Positions 58,845 to 64,000 of a stretch of 64,000 nucleotides of DNA are shown piece by piece. Made by a program: the position numbers and the translations under genes. The stretch is from an uncultured Tateyamaria sp. (lineage in GTDB: Bacteria > Pseudomonadota > Alphaproteobacteria > Rhodobacterales > Rhodobacteraceae). The stretch covers positions 3,470 to 67,469 of the forward strand of contig NZ_CANMEU010000015.1 in assembly GCF_947497045.1 (NCBI RefSeq), in the 5' to 3' direction. Each line of letters starts with the position of its first letter. Position 1 is the stretch's first letter. Under the pieces are notes generated by a model. That model was given only the letters and a program-made list of their open reading frames with translations. It was not told the origin of the DNA and ran no database searches.

Positions 58845-59570
58845 TCAGGTGATCACCGTAAACGTGATCCTGCCCGGCGCGATCAGTGCGGTGGTCAGCT
58901 GCCCCGTCGCATATGCCCCGGTGTCGATGGCGATACGGCCCTGCGTTGCATTTGGTGCTGCAACGATGGTGTGCCCGTGCACGACCCACATACCGTCGGA
59001 TCGAGTGGTTTTCATAAAATTTGGGTGGCCCCAGTGCAGGGTTTCAATCTGTTGATCCGCCAGTTTGTGCGTGGGGTCCGCTCCGGCATGGACCACCGCG
59101 ACATTGCCCGACTGCCAATAGGCGGGCAGCCCGTTGATCCACGCGATCAGGTCTGGCCCCATCGCCTCGTAAAGCTGATCGCGCGCGCGCATCAGCGCCT
59201 CCGCCCCGCTGATTTGGCTGACACTTGCGATCCCGAAACTTGCCAGTGTCTGCAAGCCCCCGTTGTGCAGCCAACGCGGCCCTTCGCCAGCGGGGTTCTT
59301 GAGAAAGGCCAGCAGCATCACTTCGTGGTTGCCCGATAGGCAGGTGATGTCGGGGCGGGCGCGCAGCATCCCCAAAACCTCGGCGCTGTGATCACCGCGA
59401 TCCACGTAATCCCCGACGCACACAATCGGATGGGGCGGTGTCGTGTCCAGAAACCGGGCCAGCAGATCCGCGCGCCCGTGGATATCGCCCACGGCGATGA
59501 AGGGGCTGTCGGGGGCCACGTCCGGCAGTTCCGGTCGGCCCACAAATCGCTGAAACAGGCGTTTGATCAT
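58845..59570 (-). CDS. PPP-family metallophosphoesterase (PrpA/ApaH-like protein phosphatase)
   Basis: Motifs GDIHG, GDYVDRG and GNHE appear in the canonical order. Confidence 0.85.
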   Translation of the reverse strand: MIKRLFQRFVGRPELPDVAPDSPFIAVGDIHGRADLLARFLDTTPPHPIVCVGDYVDRGDHSAEVLGMLRARPDITCLSGNHEVMLLAFLKNPAGEGPRWLHNGGLQTLASFGIASVSQISGAEALMRARDQLYEAMGPDLIAWINGLPAYWQSGNVAVVHAGADPTHKLADQQIETLHWGHPNFMKTTRSDGMWVVHGHTIVAAPNATQGRIAIDTGAYATGQLTTALIAPGRITFTVIT

Positions 59571-59713
59571 ATGCGGTTCTCAGAAATGGTGGGCTGCGGC
59601 GGGGTGCGATGCCTGTCTCGTGTCTTAGGCTGTGTCACTTTGGAAGGGAAGTGTGGTGCGGGTTTGGCCGCGCTGTCGGTGTTGTTGCGATCTTTCGTGA
59701 CGGGGCGGCGCCG

Positions 59714-60310
59714 TCAGTTCGTGCAGTTCGCCCAATCCAGCCTGAAGCGATCAAGGTATTTGCGCAATCGGTCCGCGTCATTGCGGCTGGTCTTGGCCGC
59801 ACGGGACGCTGCAAACAGCCGCCGCCCCGCCGCGCTGAGGCTGGCGCTGATCTGGCAAATGCGAATGACGGCGGCCAGTTGCACGCGGTCAAATTCGTCA
59901 ATTTGCGCCGCTTTTGAGCCAAGGTATCTCGCGATAAGCTGCATGTCGGGATCTGTGTTGGCTGCGGCCCATGTGCCTCTGATCGTTGCGATTTCGGTTT
60001 CAACCATGGCCGGTGTGATTCGTCCGCGCGGGGCGAGGGTGCACATCCGCTGGACCGATGCGCCGAGATCGCGAAAGTTGCCGGGCCACAAGGTGCCGGG
60101 ATCGGTCGCAAACCGTTCATATGCGGCCTGTGCGTCGGCGTTGAATGTCACCCGGCTGCCAAGCAGTTTTTCGACGCGCGCGCGTTCGAATGCGATGTTG
60201 GGCGCGATGTCTTCGGGGCGTTCGCGCAATGCGGGCAGGTTGAACGTCCACAGATTGAGGCGCGCAAAGAGGTCGGCGCGGAACCGACCCTGGCGGATGT
60301 GGTCGACTAC
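59714..60310 (-). pseudogene. rtcR: 5'-truncated remnant of sigma54 activator RtcR
   Basis: Translation GRFRADLFARLNLWTFNLPALRERPEDIAPN ... WPGNFRDLGASVQRM ... NDADRLRKYLDRFRLDW matches the RtcR C-terminal third. There is no Walker A and no CARF region upstream. The first in-frame start is TTG at 60229. Confidence 0.65.
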
Positions 60311-60574
60311 ATCGACCCTTATGGCTGCATGATGGCGGGCGACGTGCCGCCGTTCTGGCTGAACAAGAAAAAGAAAGGGAGACGCGCGTGAGCTGCGTTT
60401 CCCACGCCCTTGGTTTTGGATTGAGAGGTGCGACTCGCGAACTGTAATGCCGCAAAGGCGAGGGCGTGGCCATATGGCAGTTGCCGGTTTGGGTTTAGGT
60501 GTCGCTGTGCTGCCTGTCCGGGATGGGTGAAAACACCCTGCTTTCGGTCCAACACAGTTGGCATCACCGAGGCG

Positions 60575-61792
60575 TCACTTTGCGTATCGCTTGGCCAAAT
60601 CGATGATCCGTGTCGCAGCCGCAATCGATGCCTGATGATCCTGCGAAAAATTCAGGCGAATGCGATTGGTATCCTGCCGTGCAAATTCTGTACCGGGCGT
60701 CACGATTACCGCCGCCTGTTCACGCAGAAACCTGACGAAGTCGGTGAGGCTGATCGTGAGATCCGGCAGGCGCGGATAAAGATAGCTGCCCGCATTCGGG
60801 CGTGCTGTTCGCAGACCTGCGCCATTGAAAATGCTCAGCAAGTCGTCACGAATGGCCTGATGTGCGGCAACCCTGTCCTGCAACCACCCTTCGGGCTCAC
60901 GAAACCAGGTTTCCAGCGCGGCCTGATTGTAACCGGCCGCACGCAGCGACACCAAGGCTTGCAGTTTCTCCATCCGGTCGACCAATGCCGCCGTTCCAAA
61001 GGCGACTCCAAGCCGGAACCCACTTAAGGACTCGGTTTTTGAGGGGCCAAGGATCGTAATGATGTTCTTGGGTGCGTTTTGATCCGCTCTGAGGTGGGTG
61101 TAACTGTCTTCGCCCGCATATTGCATGCGCGAATAAAGCTGATCGACCACAACCGTCACATCATAGGTCTGTGCGAGAGTGGCAATCTGCGCGATCACAT
61201 GCGCCGCTGTCACCGTTCCGGTCGGGTTGTTTGGTGTTGAAAAGATCAGGACCCCGGCACCGTCCCTGAATGCCTTTTCCAGCGCGCCGAGGTCGGGCCC
61301 CCGGTTAACCTCGTCATCCCCGTAATTCAGTGGGACGTGCATGACTGTGCCGCCAAAAAACGTGACCAGCTTTCGGTTTGCAAAATAGTCGGGTTCGATG
61401 ACAGCGACCTTTGTGCCATGGGTCACAATTGCACCCAAAGCGAGAAACAGTGCGCCCTGTGTTCCCGGCGTGATGATGAGTTCGCTGTTGTAATCGACCG
61501 GGGCTCCGGTGAAGGTGCCCAAGTCCTGCGAGACGCGTTGGCGCAATGTGTCCAGCCCGCGATACTCGGTATAGGCTTGCGCCGCGCCGCGCTCGAACCC
61601 TTGGTTCCAGGCCTGCAAGGCACTGGGTGTGGGGGGATGCGCATCCACATCACCATGCGAAAAGTCGACTGGAACACCGGCGAGCGTGGCACCTTTTTTC
61701 TGGTCTTCGCCGTGTTGGACGGATTGGCGGACTTCCTGCCCGGGGGCGTTGTCTGTGCCAAGTTCACGAAAGATCTGGTCGAGCGATTTCAT
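60575..61792 (-). CDS. PLP-dependent aminotransferase (class I/II)
   Basis: Fold-type I features (NNPTG, SKTESLSGFRLG with the PLP lysine). Start chosen at MKSLDQIF; the ATG at 61861 is also possible. Confidence 0.8.
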   Translation of the reverse strand: MKSLDQIFRELGTDNAPGQEVRQSVQHGEDQKKGATLAGVPVDFSHGDVDAHPPTPSALQAWNQGFERGAAQAYTEYRGLDTLRQRVSQDLGTFTGAPVDYNSELIITPGTQGALFLALGAIVTHGTKVAVIEPDYFANRKLVTFFGGTVMHVPLNYGDDEVNRGPDLGALEKAFRDGAGVLIFSTPNNPTGTVTAAHVIAQIATLAQTYDVTVVVDQLYSRMQYAGEDSYTHLRADQNAPKNIITILGPSKTESLSGFRLGVAFGTAALVDRMEKLQALVSLRAAGYNQAALETWFREPEGWLQDRVAAHQAIRDDLLSIFNGAGLRTARPNAGSYLYPRLPDLTISLTDFVRFLREQAAVIVTPGTEFARQDTNRIRLNFSQDHQASIAAATRIIDLAKRYAK

Positions 61793-62316
61793 CAGATGTC
61801 CTGTCCAGCTGTAGGACCCGTTTGTGGATCGGATGCGCCCTCGATACGTACTGTATTTCAAGATAAAAACTATGTAATTTTATCTTCAGGCGATAGAAAT
61901 CCCATGAATACAAGATACCTCAGGGCGATCCTGAACGTGGTATCAGCCGGGTCTTATGTGGCGCCAGATCGGCCTGACGGCCCGGATCATGTCCGAGGAC
62001 CATGCGCTTGTGCTGGCATGGAAGGGGCTGTCGACGCTGCACGATGTGCGCCAAATCCCGTCGCCCGAGATCGCGCAAACCAGAAATATCGGCATGTTGC
62101 ATCGGCGGCTGAATGCAGCCTGGATTAGACTTCTGACCGGATTGGAAGCGGCCTGACAGGAAGGGCAGGGCAAAGCGCGCCTGCTTTGGGCGCGGCCTGT
62201 CAAAGATTTGCGGCTTGGGCGCATCATCCGTGATTTCTGTGCCCGCCGCCCGCCCCGATGCTGGACTTGCGGCGCGTGGACGGGATAGGTCAAAGGTGCA
62301 TTTGGAGGATATCAAG

Positions 62317-63231
62317 ATGAGTGAGAACGGCAGTCTTACACGGCAAGAACGTCAGGCGCGTATTGTCGAAATCAGGGATCTTGCCCTTGAGCATCTGACG
62401 TCCTCACGCAAGGATTTCCGACCCCATGACTTGCAGGACGAGCTTGACGACCTCGCACCCGGCAAACCCAACAAGCGGCCCGCTGAAGCGCTTGAGGCAC
62501 AGATTTTGATCGTCGTCGGGGCGGGCCGAAAACCCCGCCGCGCGCAAAAGGCGCTTTATCACCTGTTTCGGTCTCGCCTTGCGACCGGTGAGCTGGAAAA
62601 ATATCAAGCCATTGAGGCGGCTTTGAAAGAGGCGGAACGCAATGGCATCTCTTTGGAGGGGCTGTTTTTCCCCCAATCTTTCGGTTCCCTTGACCATGCA
62701 GAAATCTGGACGAAAGTCGCAGATATGATGACCAAGATCGAAGATTTGGGCGGCGAGGTGTTCTTATGCTGCGGCACGCTTTTGGGTGCTATCCGGGACA
62801 AGAGCCTGATCGAACATGATGACGATGTGGATCTGGCCTATGTCCTGGACGCGGGCACGCCGCAGGAGGCCGCACAGCAGTGGATGGAGGTTTATGAATA
62901 CCTGCGCAGCCACGATTTGTTGCAAGAGACCGGGCCCAACCCGTGCAGCTACAAGCTGAAATCAGGCACCGAGTACAATATCGACCTTTTCCCGGCCTGG
63001 GTGTCTGACGGCAAGGTCCATGTCTACCCCTATGTCTGGGGCGAATTGGACGAGGCGGATGTGTTTCCGTTGCGGCCGTGCCCGACCACGAACCTGCCGA
63101 TCCCCAAGGACGCCGAGGCGATGCTTGCCGTCAGCTATGGGGAAGGCTGGCGCGTGCCGGACCCCGGTTTTTCGACCGCGTGGGGCCGACTCAACCGTCG
63201 GTTCGCCCCGTTTCGCGATGCGTTGGACTGA
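62317..63231 (+). CDS. LicD-family (nucleotidyltransferase-fold) phosphotransferase-like protein
   Basis: GGAGGAT lies upstream of the ATG at 62317. Motif CGTLLGAIRDKSLIEHDDDVDLAY. Confidence 0.6.
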   Translation: MSENGSLTRQERQARIVEIRDLALEHLTSSRKDFRPHDLQDELDDLAPGKPNKRPAEALEAQILIVVGAGRKPRRAQKALYHLFRSRLATGELEKYQAIEAALKEAERNGISLEGLFFPQSFGSLDHAEIWTKVADMMTKIEDLGGEVFLCCGTLLGAIRDKSLIEHDDDVDLAYVLDAGTPQEAAQQWMEVYEYLRSHDLLQETGPNPCSYKLKSGTEYNIDLFPAWVSDGKVHVYPYVWGELDEADVFPLRPCPTTNLPIPKDAEAMLAVSYGEGWRVPDPGFSTAWGRLNRRFAPFRDALD

Positions 63232-63282
63232 ACGCCCGCTGCGTGAACTCAACAGACCCCGACAGAAGGCGGGGTCCGCGAT

Positions 63283-63936
63283 TTACAGCTGTTCGACAAG
63301 CATTCGGACCACGAACGCGTCGTCATCCTTATACTTTGCATAGCCCGTGCCTTGGGTGAAATAGCTTGCCGTCAGGCCGCGCTGAAACAGCTCGTTCAGG
63401 AAATCAACCGGCTCGACATATCGGCGGTAGTGTTCGGCGGTGACCTTGGACAGCTTTTCATCTGCGGCGGTTCGAAATTCCAGTGCGAGCCGGCCGCCAT
63501 TCTTTTTCAGGAACGCGGCGCAAAAGTCCAGAAACCCTGCCTGTTCGTTGTCGGTGATGGCGTGGATGAAGAACCGGGCGTAAATTACGCCGACACCGGA
63601 CACGTCTATGCCCGACATTGCATCCGCGACTTTTTCCATCAGATCAGGATCATCACAGGCCGCAGACAAGGCCGCGATCGGCAGGCCCTGCGCGGAGGAG
63701 CGTTCAACAATATCGCTGATGGCGGCGGTGCTGCCATCCACGGACACAACCGGCATCTTGTGGCGCGCAAAAAAGAACGTATCCCGCCCGTTGCCGCATC
63801 CGACATCCAGAAAGTAATCGGCATCTCTGCATTCGCTCAGCACGAAGGCGGCGAATTGCGACGGAATATCTGGAACGGCTTTGGCGGTGTAGTAAGAGTC
63901 CCAATACTCGCCGCGCTCTTTGTGGGATGTGCCCAT
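63283..63936 (-). CDS. Class I SAM-dependent methyltransferase
   Basis: Motif I reads LDVGCGNGRDTFFFA. Confidence 0.85.
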   Translation of the reverse strand: MGTSHKERGEYWDSYYTAKAVPDIPSQFAAFVLSECRDADYFLDVGCGNGRDTFFFARHKMPVVSVDGSTAAISDIVERSSAQGLPIAALSAACDDPDLMEKVADAMSGIDVSGVGVIYARFFIHAITDNEQAGFLDFCAAFLKKNGGRLALEFRTAADEKLSKVTAEHYRRYVEPVDFLNELFQRGLTASYFTQGTGYAKYKDDDAFVVRMLVEQL

Positions 63937-64000
63937 GTGTAGGTCCTGCTGCCATTGGCGTCTTGAAGGTCAGTTGATCGCGCCGCTTTACTGCTCGAAA

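Noticed and set aside
59388-60332. A 314-aa plus-strand ORF over the rtcR remnant.
   Set aside because: It is A/R/S-rich low complexity. The minus frame gives an unmistakable RtcR C-terminal sequence.

Overview
This is a high-GC (about 60%), gene-dense segment. It looks alphaproteobacterial, probably Rhodobacteraceae-like, but I judged that only from the ORF translations. All homology calls come from motifs I recognised by eye; no search was run. Motif coordinates that I indexed by hand may be off by 1-2 nt.

Layout:
(1) 1-14.7 kb holds a complete Sox thiosulfate-oxidation locus. soxF-E-D-C-B-A-Z-Y-X-W-V lie on the minus strand and soxS-soxR-soxT(YeeE) diverge from them. A small MBL / MBL / Crp-Fnr / DUF2892 unit sits beside soxF.
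(2) 15-22.5 kb is an iron-acquisition block. It has an orphan FbpA-like binding protein, an unannotated small ORF, hemP, and an imelysin / DUF1111 di-haem / imelysin / DUF1513 module. Two paralogous unknown proteins are interleaved in that module.
(3) 22.9-30 kb carries a fused hydantoinase/oxoprolinase A+B, an MscS channel with a cNMP-binding domain, and manC.
(4) 30-43 kb carries glycogen genes glgB-glgC-glgA-glgX-pgm and glgP, with a convergent GH13 alpha-glucosidase.
(5) 43-64 kb is plasmid-like and accessory:
- a Wzc-type tyrosine autokinase and an AT-rich candidate origin;
- a tightly packed rep-parA-parB unit with a repeated TCCGYGGATATA motif;
- a gene pair resembling the RcGTA head-spike genes;
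- a Wzx/Wzy polysaccharide locus (flippase, acyltransferase, polymerase-like protein, sulfotransferase, two GT4, priming transferase, aminotransferase, LicD-like protein, methyltransferase);
- a ccdAB toxin-antitoxin pair and a 5'-truncated rtcR remnant, both of which interrupt that polysaccharide locus.

I saw no rRNA, tRNA, CRISPR array, transposase or integrase.

The observations most worth follow-up:
- the head-spike-like pair sitting next to the polysaccharide locus and the partition genes;
- a 24-nt palindromic element shared between the soxA-soxB spacer and the ccdAB promoter;
- the candidate parS/operator repeats;
- the two uncharacterised paralogues plus the small ORF in the iron cluster.
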